Source: Camelus ferus
Taxonomy: Eukaryota
Length of the DNA stretch: 64,000 nucleotides
NCBI RefSeq assembly: GCF_009834535.1
Contig: NC_045696.1
Coordinates: forward strand, 59,026,001 to 59,090,000
Direction of reading: 5' to 3'
The position numbers and the translations under genes were made by a program. Shown piece by piece: positions 40,240 to 53,791 of this stretch (position 1 is its first letter; every line of letters starts with the position of its first letter). The notes beneath the pieces are model-generated. The model was not told the DNA's origin. It saw only the letters and a list, made by a program, of their open reading frames with translations, and made no database searches.

Positions 40240-40440
40240 TATGTATAAAATAGATAAACAAGTTTATACTGTATAGCACAGGGAACTGTATTCAGTATCT
40301 TGTAGAAACTTACAGTTAAAAAGAATATGAAAACGAATATATGTATATTCAAGTATGACTGAAGCATTGTGCTGTACACCAGAAATTGACACAACATTGT
40401 AAACGGACTATACTTCAATAAAAATATATTTTTTTAAAAA
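40240..40440 (+). mobile_element. 5'-truncated young L1 3'UTR
   Basis: tagataaacaagtttatactgtatagcacagggaac...gacacaacattgtaaacggactatacttcaataaaa; flanked by agagaat(g/a)taac. Confidence 0.9.
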
Positions 40441-41574
40441 GAGAGAGAATATAACCACAAGGGCCAGGAAAGTGGGATTGGAAATGAAACAGCTAGTGGG
40501 GCACTGGCCTGTCCACAGGCCTTTCACCCCTTCATGATCTTCCACTCCTGAACCCAACAGTTCTGCACCCTGCTTGGGACACTCAGCCAACACAAGTCAG
40601 CAGTTCATTTCTCAGTATTCAGCCTAGAGGGGAACATGGGCCCAGCATTCATTGGGTGTTAAGTGTTCTCTCTCCCCCACAGTAACAAGACTGGTACAGG
40701 ACTCTGAAGAGAAGTATGTTGTTTACCATCACTGCAAAGCTTTGAAACGGCCATCCTAGTTGTTAGAACATTTTCTTCTGGACAATGTACGGAAGCATCC
40801 ATCCGGTGGGCATAGTGGCCAACCAGCTAGGTCTTTCCGGGTGCGGTGGATCAGGCCAAAAATGTACTGAATGTGCTTATCTACACCAAATATACTAAAT
40901 GAGTAACGTACTTCTAATTGTGCTAATGAATAATTTATCATTCACGCTTAATGTAAGAATCAGTTTTATTCTCGCTCTGGTTTTTTATGGTTACCCGATT
41001 TCAGGATTTTTCTTAGAGAAAGCAGTCTCCTGGGACTTCCCAGGGTCTGGTGTCTGATGGAGAAAAATTCAGGACATTATACTGAAGAACTCTGCTCCCC
41101 CGCACACCGATTAGTAGAGGCTGGGTTCCATCCCCTCAGCGGCTTTGTCTCTCTTGGATCTAGGCCCAAGTGAAGTTCTGGGAAGCTGCAATTTGGCACA
41201 AGCATATACTTGCTCAGGTGTCCTCTCTCCCCTGATCTTTGCAGGTTCCTGGCAAGTCTTTCTCTCTCTTAGGTGAGGCAGTACTTTCCCCCACGCTCCC
41301 CACAGCATCTCAACTAGAGGAATGAAATAGTATTTAAGTGCCAGAAGATAACTTCTTGCTTAAGTCCAGGAAAAGCCAAAGAGAGCTAGCTTATCCCCAT
41401 ACGCAAACAACAGGACAAAACATCTACAAAAGCTCTAGAGAGCTCTTCACTTCGGCCATCCCTGAAGCGTTTCTCCACCTGTTCATGTGCAGAGTGAGCT
41501 ATACCTCTCTGGCTTCTCTGTTGAATGGAAGCCCCTCTGAGCTGAAACTGTGAGGAGACGCTGGTGATTTGGCT

Positions 41575-42240
41575 ATATATTTTTTTTCAGATTATTTTCC
41601 ATTATAGATTATTCCAAGATATTGAACATAGTTCCTTATGCTATACAGTAAATCCTTGTTGCTTATCTATTTTATGTATTGTAGTTTGTAACTGTTAATC
41701 TCATACTGCTAATTTATCCCTCACCTCTCCCTTTCCCCTTTGGTAATCGTAAGTGTGTTTTCTATGTCTGTGAGTCTGTTTCGGTCTTGTATATAGATTC
41801 ATTTGCATTATTTTTTAGATTTAACATATAAGTGACACATTTGTCTTTCTCTGTCTGACTTACTTCACTCAGTATGATAATCTCTAGGTCCATCCATGTT
41901 GCTGCAAATGGCAATGTTTCATTCTTTTTATGGCTGAATAGTATTCCATTGTGTATATATACCACAGCTTCTCAAATCAACAGTCTATTGATGGCCCCTT
42001 GAGTTGTTCCCATGTCTTGGCTATTGTAAATAGTTCTGCTATAAACGCTTTGGTTCTTATATCTTTTTTAATTATCATTTTTGTCTTTTCAGGATATATG
42101 CCCAGGAGTGGGATTGCTGGTAAGTCTATTTTCAGTTTTTTAAGGAACCTCCATACTGTCCTCCAGAGTGGCTGCACCAGTTTACATTACCACCAACAGT
42201 GTAGGAGGGTTCCCTTTTCTCCACACCCTCTCCATTGCTT
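41575..42240 (-). mobile_element. L1 3' end including the ORF2 C-terminus
   Basis: Minus ORFs [29 protein letters not shown] and FAATWMDLEIIILSEVSQ are canonical L1 C-terminal/3' sequence. Confidence 0.95.
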
Positions 42241-43481
42241 GCTGACTTTTTACATGAACTTTAAACTCACCCTAGTCCCCTTGTTCCATCCTCTTTTGTC
42301 ATTGTTCATAAATAAACAATATTTGCAGAGAGTGTGATTGCAAATGACTTTTTTCCTAACATAAATACTATCATTTTCTATATATTTACCAGTATTTTTC
42401 TATATATGTACTTTCTAAAACAAAATTATACATGCACATTATCATTGCCTTCATCTTCATACTTTTGTTCAAGCCAAACCACAGACTTTCTCCTGGTTAT
42501 GGAACACTCGTTCTAAGTCTCATTTTTAATGATTTTGTAATATTCTGTCAAGTGGATAAACCATAATTTACTCAATCATGCCCCTGTTATTTACCATTTA
42601 GGTTGCTTCCAATTTCACTAAAACAAACAACATCACAAGTCACAATTTCACAAACATAACTTTTCCTTCACTCTAAATTATGCTTCCTCAAGATATAGTT
42701 CAAGAATTTCGATTACTGAGTCAAAGTGCTTGAAATTTTTATGGCTCTCGAATCTAAGTCCTCTTAATTTCTGTCAATGTACAACCTGGGGGTGGCCTCA
42801 TGGCTCCCCAAATATTTTGCTCTCTTTCCTCAGCCCCAGTTTGATCTTGAGCTCCTTGATCTGGCACCAGGGCTCAGGTATGGGCCAGGTCCAGGGGTTC
42901 CCACACAGTTTGAAGGGATTTGCACTTAGATAGATATCTGACCGGGTTAGGCAAGACTTGGGAATTGAGGCAAGTATTGACCAAGAGAGGGAAGGATCCA
43001 ACTCCAAGCGGTCATGAAGTTCAAAACAACTGTTGTTATCAAGCAAAACATGGGGCCTCTGCTCTCTCCTCAATAATCCTGCCAGCGGGGGCAGCCCTGG
43101 AGGCCTCCAAGTGTTTTCTACCCAGCTGAGTCCTTCCCCAACCTTAAGGTCCCTCTTCTCTCAGGCCCTCTTGGCAGGATTTATGGCACTGGTTCACAAG
43201 CCCCATCCAGGACAGTTTCCATGATAAAATACAAAAATGAGGACAAGACATGGAGCTTTTCACACAACTCACTGTATATAGTTGAAAAGCCTGTCCTTAA
43301 TGTCAGTTTTTGTCCCTCACACTTTTTTGGAGTTTAACGTATTCTTTATTTGTAAAAATGTCCGTGGCTTTGTCTAATGAGTAGCTCTTTCATTTATCAC
43401 ATTGTTTTGAAGGCTCACTACCTGCCAGGTGCTATTCTAGATCCTAGAGACACATCAGGGAATATATCATACAAAGGCACC

Positions 43482-44096
43482 TGCAGCTAAGTACCTGACA
43501 ATTTGCTTTTTTTTTAAATTGTAATGTAAGTACCTGACACTTAGCTTTTGATTACTGAGGCCTCCACTTCAAAGGCATCCATTTGGAATAAACACACTGC
43601 CAGCTATAGGATTAGAGAAAGAGCCAGGCCACCACACCCGTGAAGTTCCCTTTTTTTTGAGAGAGGGAGCTCTGGTTGACCTAGATAACTGACCATTTGA
43701 CTGACTGCTTTTCCCTTCTTGCACTTTTATTCTTGCTCTTATGCTTTAAATTCACCAATTTAAGAGTGAACACTCGAAGCCCTAGGCACCTCACCCTCGA
43801 TTCCAATAAAAGCAAAACCCCAGGTCAACTCGCTCTCCTCCCTCTCTCTCTCTTTCCACTCCCCGCCCCTTGTTGTGTGGCCCCAGGATGCCTTGCACCC
43901 TCCAGGACCTGTGAGTAATAAACCTTGTCTTTTCTAAGTTCCCTGATGGTTGTTACTGAGGTGTGTCTTGCAATCTCAATAAGAACCACAAGGGTCAGTC
44001 AAGCCACAACACTAGCTCCCGTCAGGGGAAATGCCTGTGGGGGCCACCACGAGTGGCATGGCCCAGGGGAGTGCCCCCAGGCATTTCTAGCTTACA
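43482..44096 (+). mobile_element. ERV solo LTR
   Basis: TG...CA ends (tgcagc ... gcttaca); flanking gcacc/gcaac; TATA-like ctttaaa, AATAAA at 43805-43810, pyrimidine-rich R region, gtgagtaataaacc. Confidence 0.8.
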
Positions 44097-46774
44097 GCAA
44101 CACTATCACTAGGCTGAGACCACCCTGAACAGTGTCCCCGCTCAGCCCAGCATGAGCTCTGACCGGGGACTCTGTCTCCACAGCTGCAGCGTGCTTGGGT
44201 TTGTACATCTTTGTGTCTTCATGGCAGTGTCCTGCACCGTCCCTTCTCATTAAACACTTGCTGAGGATGGACACGCCCAGGAGGATCAATGGGAACACTT
44301 GTGTGCACAGCAGAGCGCCTGTGGGCAGTACGAAGACGGCATGAAATCAAATAGCTCTGGGGCTGCCTGGCTTCCAATTCCCAGCTCTGCTGTGGGACCT
44401 TCAGCAAATTCCTTCATCTCTCAGCCTGTGTCCTCACTTGTAAAGTGGGCAGGAGAGTAACAGTACTTGCCTCAAGAGGCTATGAAGGTAGAAGCCCTCA
44501 GCACACCAATAAATGTGACCTGGTAGTAGCAATAACAATAGCATTATTTGGGTGCTAAATAAGCCAGCTAATAGGTGACTGTGTCAACAGTAAGCCAGGT
44601 AAAAGGTCACAGCCCGCAGAACTAAACTGAAATTGAAGGTACATTTGATGGGCCAGAAAAAGGCCCTTAGGTATAAAAGGGAAAAGTAAATTTGTGTATG
44701 AAAGAAGAAAAATTAAAAAACTAACCAGACTTTCTCTTCCTTCTCCACTGATGTCAATGATAGAAACTGACAGATTTCATTTATGTCAGTTATAGAAACA
44801 TGGCAAAATGCTCCTGCCAAATCCAGGTTTCTCGGATGATGGGTACATGCCAGGACTCAACCACAAATGGCCACGATGATTTGGAGGAGTGGAACTGAGG
44901 ATAAGCACACAAGTGCAGGGACTTTCCGAAAGCATGGACATCCCATAGACAGATAATTTCCGGAGCCACAGCGGGTTTGAGAATTTAAGAAGCCTGTGGA
45001 ATGGGGTAGAAAACAGAACACTGGCCTCAACAAGCAGCAGGACAAAGGCCCAGGTTTGCAGAGGTTGCTCTTAGCTCTGCGATTGAAATGCAATGCTGTA
45101 CAGACTTAGTATCAGTGGCGCAGAAGCAGTAATGTTAGCAAACTAGATAATTAAAGCTTTTTGGCTCACTTTTTCACTCTCTTGCCTTCTGGAGGGAGGT
45201 TGATAGAAAAAAAGAGATGGGTCCAATAAACCAAGAATTACTCAGAGTTTTAAGTGTATTTTTAGTTACTCCTGACATTTGGGATAGCAGAGACATTATT
45301 TCAGGATCAGAGATCAGATCCTGATCATGCCCTTTACACTGGGATAAACATCGCTCTCCAAAACCCTTTGATGAGAATGTAATTCTGTAAAAAGTATGCA
45401 CAGGCTAATTGAGATCACGTTGAGGGTGTCTCCAGCCTCTGACAGAAGATGTTTCTGGCTGAGGGGAACAGATGCCATTAAACCAGTTGCCACCACCCCT
45501 ATTACTCACCAACGTCCCAAATTCCTCCAAATTCCTCCCTGTACCTACATGTGGACCAGGTCTGCTCCACTCAGGACTGGAGCTGCCCAAGACTAGGGGT
45601 GTGACCACAGGTTCACAGCCAGGTCCTTACAGAGCAACGCTGGACATCAATCACCTGGTCCGACTTGCTTTTTACAGAGTGGGCTATTTGACAAGGAAAG
45701 AGTAAATCACAGAACCACAGATACAATTAAGAGACCATGGAGATCTTCTGACTCAACCTCCCACCCAGTAAAGGAATCCTGTTCTGTCTGAAACTGGGCA
45801 ACTTTGGGACTGATGTATGTGGACAACTGCCAGGACCTGGTCAGGTGATGAGGCTGGGGATTACAGGGATGGAACCAAACCCATCAGGGGTAGAGGCAGG
45901 ACTTAGCCAGGCTCCTGGTGAGTCCCTCCACGAGAATGTGGGGAGCTGCAGGACTAGGGATACAGCTGAGACTAACTCTTCCAGCCCCCTTAGGGCAGCC
46001 TGGGTTCCCAGTTTAGGTCTCTCCCCAATCCCACTCATGCAGGAAACCTCTCTGGGTATGTCTGACAAGGGAAAATTCTCAGAGAGGGGACAGGAAGGGG
46101 TGGCAGGGGAGGGAGTTCCAATCACTGAGTTCAGCAGGGTCTGCTGAGCCATGATATGCCTCCCCCTAACTGGATCCAATTCTGGGCCCTGGAGTCACAT
46201 AAATGCTACCTTTCTACAAGACATGCTTACAAGCATCTGAAGACAATCACCGTTTATCCTTCTGCAGAGGGAACACACTTGGCCCTTTCAACTATTCCTA
46301 CCTGCCATGGTTTCCAAACCCTTCCATATCCTTTGGGCACACACTAGTTTCACCAGGACCCCCTTGGTGTGCCCCTGAGGACTGAAGAAAGAACACAGGA
46401 GCACAGTCGTTAAACCACAGGTTTGAATCTCGGCACCATCATTCACCATGCCTCTACTGCAGTTTCCTCTGCAGCTCCTGATAATCTTAGTTATGAAAAA
46501 TGGATAAGTCAGTTTGTAGAGAACTCTTAGAGCTGTGCCCAGCACCCAATGAGCAGCTATTTACATTTCAGCTATTTCTTAGCACAATGCTTAGCATCTG
46601 AGAAGTATGCAATACAGACACAAATCCTGCAGCTGATACTCCATTGCTAACCAGCTTCCTTACTGATAAAATAACAGTATCATGTCAGAGCTTTGACGAG
46701 GTAAGAAGCGAGAAGTCTCCTAGTCAGTGCCTGGTAACACACACTAGCTTCCTTTCTCTTTATACAGATGGAGC

Positions 46775-47214
46775 AGTTAGGAGCCATTCTCCGTGGGACT
46801 CTCACATTTCTGCACATGCTGCAAGCAGAGGCACTGACTGCTTTTGCTCCAGACTATCTTTTCAAGAATATTTGTATCTTCAGTAACCTTGGAAGAGAGA
46901 GATAGTATCTCCCTTTGGAGCTAAGTGCAGGCATGTGTACTGTGCATTATAAAAGGTTTGCATTCCCTCAGCTCAGGATTTCTCTCCACTGTGTGTGCAG
47001 CTGCCACCTGGCCCTCTGTGTCACCTATGGAGATTGGCGCTCAAAGAACCAGTGCGAGAAAATGCTGGTACTCTGGTCACTGCCAGTGCTGTGAATCATA
47101 AAGTCCTGTCCCTAACCCACAGAGCTCACTGTCTGCCAGCATTCATGAAACTGGCAGCTAACTTGTTAGCTTGCCAGTTGGTGAAATCTCAGACCCTCCC
47201 TAGTTATTAATGAC
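46775..47214 (+). mobile_element. ERVL solo LTR (LTR40-like)
   Basis: attctccgtgggactctcacatttctgcacatgctgcaagcagaggcactgactgc...ccagactatcttttcaag...ccttggaagagagagatagtatctccc, matches recalled LTR40 consensus. Confidence 0.7.
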
Positions 47215-49315
47215 AAAGTATCCCCACCTTCTGGGGAAGAGATGGTGGCAAAATAACACCCCACCACCACAGTAAAGATCTTAAATTGTCATTGATTCTA
47301 TCACATTCTGTCCAGATTAGCTCATTTTTTAGAAATTCTGAGTGAAGAATTTTTCCTTATTTAATTACCTTATTTATTCATTTTGATTTCCATCTTCTTG
47401 ATTTTAATTGAAAGTTTCATTCATCTGAGGTCCTTCCAAAGCTTTTTTTGAGGGGAGACATCTTTTGAACTTGAAGGTCCTCCTTTCAAGTGCCCTTGTC
47501 AGAGATGCACAGACCACAGTCTCTCCTCCCACTCTACTCACTTCTCCCACCAGACCAGGTAGCCCCTTCTTTAAAGCTAGACTCTTGTCTATAGCATCAG
47601 ATACCTTGAATTGTACACAATCCTTGACAAGCTTCTACCTTCATTTGCTTTGTGGCCAAGAGCCCTGCGAGTTCTACTCTCATCCTGGGATGCCCTTTGC
47701 TCTCCACTCACCCTTTACTGAGAGCAGTGGGAGGGCCTCTCATGTTAAACCCCTACCCCAGAAGGTCGAGATGCGTGACCTATGGGACGTGAAACAGCTG
47801 AACAGCAGCAGACACCAGATGGCATAGTTGGGAAGAAGAGGTAAGAACACCCATGTCCTGCTGGGAAATCTGGTTAAAACCACTAACACTGTAACCCAGA
47901 GCAAGCCGAGATCCAAGAAGACAGCTGTGTGAACAGGGCAGGGAAATGCAAATACTGCCATGTACGTGCTCCAGACTCATCTCTGGCACTAGAAAGACAG
48001 GAGCACAGTTGAGGCAACGTTATGAAATGCAATTTCAACTCACCCCAGGCAGCTTAGTAGGAGGCCCACTGATATGGAAGCTGTCAGTGGTTACAAATCT
48101 TCCTCAGGCACAATGAATCAGTGGGACATGAGCTTTACCCCTGCCTCTGCCACTGTCACTTATGTTCAGATCAAGGATTCATGCACATGATAAAATCTAG
48201 CTCACACAAACCCACTGACCATTCAGATAAGCTATCAGTGATTTTCATCACTTCCTCCCTTGGGTACTTTCTTGCACTTTATAATTACCTTGCTCTCCAC
48301 CACGAAACTGGCTACATCTAGGCCTCAGCATCTGTTATTTAATTATAACATGATTCTTTTTAAGAATAATTACAAATAAATAAGCCAATAAATCTCTTGA
48401 ATTACAATGCTTTTCTCTTATTCATCTTTTTAATTTGGGGGGTTTATTTTTAGATTTTACTGTCTAAAGATTCCTTACAATATTTTAAAACATGACTGGG
48501 TATCCCAAGACCTCAATATCTGGTCATAAGTTACTTGCAGAATTTTGTGGCATAGTTTTCTTTCTTTTGAGAATGATTAATCTGTGATGGCTTTAATGGA
48601 TATCAAATGAACAAAAACAGCTTTTATCTTAACATAGTTTCAGCAGTATGCTTGAGCTTTAATTGGGCCCCATGATCAGGGATCACCCAGAGAAGTTTAG
48701 TAATTAGATTCCCAGGATAACTCCAGAGGATGGATCCTTGGCTGGCAGGCTTATTTTCAGCTTAAATACTCATCCCACACCCAGAGTCTCCCTTGTGTTG
48801 TAGAGGGCTCTCAACTTCTGGTCCTGCCTCATTAGGATGGCCTCCCATCTCTTTCAAGTTCTCACAGTGCCCCTACCCTTTCCTATGATCCCACGGATCC
48901 TCTGGTTTCACTATGTCTGTGTAGGAGACAGGACAGAATGCAAATCTTGTCTCAGACTCCCAATTGCCGGAAACTTCATTTCTCTCCCTACACAGATTAA
49001 CTCCTAGTGTGTCCAGCCCTTAGGGACTTTTGAGTCTGTTCCATCATGGACACTGCCCCCAGTCAGAGATGGCTAGACCTTCATACCTGGTATCCTCCAC
49101 AGGTGCAGATCAGTGGAACCTAGTCAACGAAAGTGGCCCTGACTGTGTTGACGCACTGCCCATAGAATGCTTCCCCACACACAGGGGCCATTGGAACTCT
49201 GCTCTTTGTCAGGACTTGAACTGGCAGTTCTGAGTCTGGTTCCACCAAGAAAAGCCATGAGAGGCTCCTCCATCTATCCTTCTTCAGCCACAACAGAGAT
49301 GGAAGGGAGAGAATC

Positions 49316-49845
49316 TGTAATAGAGGAGAACAAATCTGACTCTACATTGGATCTGTTCCTTTAGTTTTAACTACTGTGCCCTGTTTCCTAGGCTTAGTCT
49401 TGCTAGCTCTGCACCTTTTGTGAAACAGTGTTGCCTTTGGCCTGGAATATACAGGAGAGCCTATTCTCCGGGCTCTGACCTTTAAGGATGTTAGCACTCG
49501 TGTGCTTATGTAGAGATAGCAAGTTGCAAAATAGAGAATAACCTTTGTTTAGTTGGAGGTTTACAGGGACACCATGGCCTGACCCACATGGACGGCTGCA
49601 AGAACATACAATTCCTACAGCAGGAAGTTTGTGACAACCAACCACACCCACTCCCCTGTTTTTTTTGTATAAAAGGAGCTTGTATTCTGACTGAAGCAGG
49701 ATGGTTCTCCAAGACATTAGTCTGCCATTCTCTCAGTCTGCTGGCTTTCCGAATAAAGTCACTATTCCTTGCCCTAACACCTTGTCTCCTGCTTCATTGG
49801 CCTGTCGTGCGGCAAGCATAACGAGTTTATTCAACTGATACATCA
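49316..49845 (+). mobile_element. ERV1 solo LTR (MER41-like cetartiodactyl family)
   Basis: Starts tgtaatagaggagaacaaatctgactctacattggatctg; TATA gtataaaagg; ccgaataaagtcactattccttgcc; cattggcctgtcgtgcggcaagca near the 3' end. Confidence 0.75.
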
Positions 49846-50329
49846 ATCTATGGCCATTCAAAGAGCTCATCCTGACCCTTCAGTGCCCTCTTCCTCAGCT
49901 TTGAGCTATATGACTGCATTTAAGGGGCTGATAGTTTCCTAAGTCAAGAATCTGATACTTCTGTGTTTCCTTCCTGCTCCTCCCATCTGTCCTCTCCTAT
50001 GCCACCCAATTCTTCTTACTCGGAGCTGGGCTATTACTAGCCTCTTTGCCTAGAGTGGGACTAGTCCTGCCCCTTCCTCATCAACACCGTCCCCAGAGCC
50101 CCAGTGCCGGACAACCCCAAAAGTAGTTGCTACACGGAAGTGTCCCCTCAGGCCTCAACGTCCACATAGCAAAGATTTGCTAGTACGCAATTAAGTGACA
50201 CTTTGAGAGGCTCCAAGTACAAGCAGAACAACACTGAACTAATCCCTGGCTTCAGTGAGTTCCCAGTCCAACGAGGGAAGACAAAGCCCAGGAGCTTGAA
50301 AGAAACCAGGAAATCATCAAGAGGACACT

Positions 50330-51450
50330 ATTCCCAGCTGAAAACGTATTTGAATGCTCCCAGCTGTGTTGGCACCGTTAATCACCCCTCCTTCTGGGAA
50401 GACTTTCTTCTCTTGGTTTCTTGGATCCTGCACTCTCCTCTTTTTCCTCCTACTTCATCTTCCTGGTCTCTACATGATGGGTGTGCTCACTCCCGAGGGG
50501 ATCAACTCTAGTCCCATGGTTTTATATACCCTCTAGAGGCCAGAGATTCCCAAACACATTCCCTATCCCGACCTCTTCACTAACCTGCAGTTTTACAACT
50601 GCCCATGCCACATCTCCACTGGTTTATCTAACAAGATATAACAAGATTTCTCCATTGTCTCCCACCAAGTGTGCTCCTCCTGCAGCACTTCCCGCCCAGG
50701 CAAAAGACTCCATCATCCATCCAAACGCTCAGGCCTAGGAGTCACCACTCACTCACTCACTCTCACATTCCATTCCAATCCATCAGCAACTCTCATTGGT
50801 TCTATGAGAAAAATCAGATCACTCCTCCCACCTCTAAGCCACCAGCATCTCACTCTCAGACCACCACGGCAGTCTCTTAACTGCCTCCCTAGCTCCATGC
50901 ATGTCTCCCTATAGTCAGTTCTCCACACAGCAGTCAGATCATGATACTCCCCCACTCAGCACCCTCCATTACACACAGAATAAAACCCAACTCCTCATCA
51001 CGACCTGTAAGGCCCTGCCTCACCCAGCCCTGCCTATTGTCCCAACTCCCCTGCTGTTGTGCTGTGTCTCACCCTCCACTCTCCGCTTGTTGGCCTACTT
51101 GCTGTTCCTGCATCCACACCAAGTTCATTCATGCCTCAGGGTCTTTGCAATAGCCAGTTCCTCTGCCTTGAATAGAGCTCTTCCTCCAGATTTCTCAAGA
51201 CTCACACCATAACTTCATTCTGTTCTCTGCTTACATTTTACCTCCATAAAGAGGACTTCCTTGACTACTTGATGATCCTGTATGAAATAACCCTCCACCC
51301 CAATCTCTCCATCTCATGAACTCTGCCCATTTTTCTCCAAGTTAAAATCAGTATCAGTCATTTCTGTCTTCCTCTCTCACTAGAATGAAAATTACACCAA
51401 GCCAGGACTTTGCCTCTTTCATGACTCCAGGAGTGTATGTTGAATGAACA
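50330..51450 (+). mobile_element. L2 LINE 3' fragment
   Basis: C/T-rich L2 motifs: ttctccacacagcagtcagatcatgatactcccc, cagaataaaacccaactcctca, catgcctcagggtctttgca, ends tgttgaatgaa. Confidence 0.8.
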
Positions 51451-52980
51451 GATTTCATGTCTGATACATTAATCAGATCAATGTTAGCCACACTGACATA
51501 GGTTACATTCTTTTCTCAGGAAGGGGACTGAATCTCTCATAAAAACATAGTATACGAGGTGGTTACAATATTGATCAAGGCCCTAATGCCCAACTTTTAA
51601 AGAAATATGATCAAGCCCCATACTTAGTTACAAGTTATATATCAAGCAACATAAAGCTCTCTAAAACACATGTGCTTTCATTAGAAAAGAATCACAATGA
51701 AGCATCTGTAAACACAACCTGATGTGATAAAGCATCACAGTTCATTGTTCAAAGTTATTTTAGCAAAACCAGAACGGACATCTTCAATAAGGTCATGAAA
51801 TTCAGATATAAGATTTTCCACAGGCATCTTTAAAAAAAATGCTCATAAGAATTAAAAGATTTCTTGCCCTTTTAAGAAGTCTAGCAAGGAACGTTTATGC
51901 TTGCTGAAGGTCCCTGCATCATCCATCAGGGGCCAGCTGGCTCAGATTTTTGGGGGCCCCGGAGAAGGGCACTGAGTTCTGGATGGTCTCTGTACATACC
52001 AGGTTCATGGCTGTGCTCGTGAGGCCCCATTTCCTCACCCAGCAGGGAAAAGAGTACTAGATGATTTCTGCAGTCCTGTCCGCTATAGGTTTTACAACAG
52101 AAGTTTGTCCTCTTTTCCTCATTGCAAACCTCCCTGTCATGAGCCTCAAGATGGTAACTACACAGAAAGGGCTTCCTGAATAGCCCACTCCTTAGCACCA
52201 AGGCTCTGCCTTCAGCTTGATTTTAGCCGAGGTACACCTGCCCTTAAAATAAAGAGACTCACATTCATTTTTCCATCATTTGATTGTCTGCTTCTGCTGC
52301 TTCACCACATCATGGCTTCAGGGCTTTGCCTTTTACAGGAGCCATGCTCAGACATACAGAGTGTTTGCTTTGATCCAGCCTCCCCTGAGTCCAAAAATAA
52401 TGCCTCCCATCTCAGCCACAGGTTCTGGATTTTCTTCCAGGCAGGGGTAGGACACCACTATTTTTTTCCTTTATCAGCCACATTAGAGTCCAATTTCACA
52501 GTCATTTTTTAAAATTCCTTTTAAAGTTACAGGATTTATTTTCTTATCAAAAGAGGAGCACTTACATACTTAGTTTTGTCTTTCCAAGTAGTCTAAGAGA
52601 TCACTCACTGACTGCAGTGATGGGGTCATAGTTCAAAGCAGCTTTAGAACCACGGAGGGACAGAGTCAGTGCTATAAAATCACAGGCCACAGTTCCCTTC
52701 ACTAATTCCTCTTTCCCCTCTTCTTCCTTCTCACTTTCTTTGCTTCACCGGAAGTGGGTGTGGCCCCATCAGCCTCCTTTGCACTGACAGTGAACAGACT
52801 GCCCTCAGGCTGACACTGGCTGAGGTTCCCTGCAGAGCTATAAACATGAGGGTCAGCATGGTGCCAAAGGAAAATCCATCTCCCTCACTGGCTAAAGCTG
52901 CAGAAAGCAATGGATCCCCCCAAATCACACATAAGAAATCCCAAAAGATCACCCACATGTTTGACATACTATTTCAAATC

Positions 52981-53006
52981 TATTTCAAATAATATTATTT
53001 GAAATA
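52981..53006. repeat. Perfect 26-bp AT-rich palindrome
   Basis: tatttcaaataatattatttgaaata equals its own reverse complement. Confidence 0.95.
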
Positions 53007-53631
53007 TTATTCACCATTGTATAGCTGCCCAAAGAAGGCACCATTTAAACAGACTCACTCTGTTATTCTCAGGTGGGACTTCGCACCGAACAGAGTGGAG
53101 ATGACCACGTCTGTGCACGTGGATGGGTGTTCTTGGTCAGGACCTGGAACAGCTGGGCTCACATTAACACAGAGTTCTACCTGCGCTCCGACCCCGATGA
53201 TGGCTGCTTGCCAAGGAACCACAGAGTCAAAGGGAAATCAAAACCAGAGCAGCCTCCTGGAGCAGCAGGGGAGAAAGTCCGGGGCAGTTTGGAAGACGGA
53301 GCACCATGGTTAGCAGTGTGAACAGTTTCTAGCAGAGGCCAGAGCACCCAGCAGGAGGTCAATCAAGCTTGTTTTCTCGCTGGCTCTATCAGTGGCTCCC
53401 ACTGACTTCACCAGTTCTAGAATCCTGAACAGCCAAGCCAAGGTCAACAGATCATGCTAAAGCATGCTGACTTCACCCCCACCTGCCCAGGCACCTGGCC
53501 AGGTGTCACCTCACCTTGGGGGCACTGGTCCCTCCCAGCCACCCAGGAAGATGCACAGTTCCCTCCCGGCAGCTCCTCGGGTGGACTGAGGGGGGAGGGT
53601 CAGCAGCATAGTTTAAACTCTGCCCACTCAC

Positions 53632-53791
53632 CAGTGTCTCCTCTGCTGTTTGTTGTGGCAACTGGGCTGGGAGGACAAGGAAAGGTGACCTGGAGGTCCG
53701 CCTCCCTGTGGGGTGCCCTCAGCTGGGACGTTCCTGGAGCTGTTCTGAACTGCAGCAGGGGTGGCCGATTTGGCAGCCACCTGGCAGGTGC
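53632..53791 (-). other. MYLK: MYLK non-coding 5'UTR exon immediately upstream of the first coding exon
   Basis: Minus strand reads TCCTGTCCTCCTTCCCTCCAG|GCACC...CCCAGTTGCCACAACAAACAGCAGAGGAGACACTG|GTGAGT. The 3' part resembles the human MYLK 5'UTR just before the ATG exon (recalled). It has no ATG and has an in-frame TGA at 53721-53719. The acceptor could alternatively be at 53780. Confidence 0.75.
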
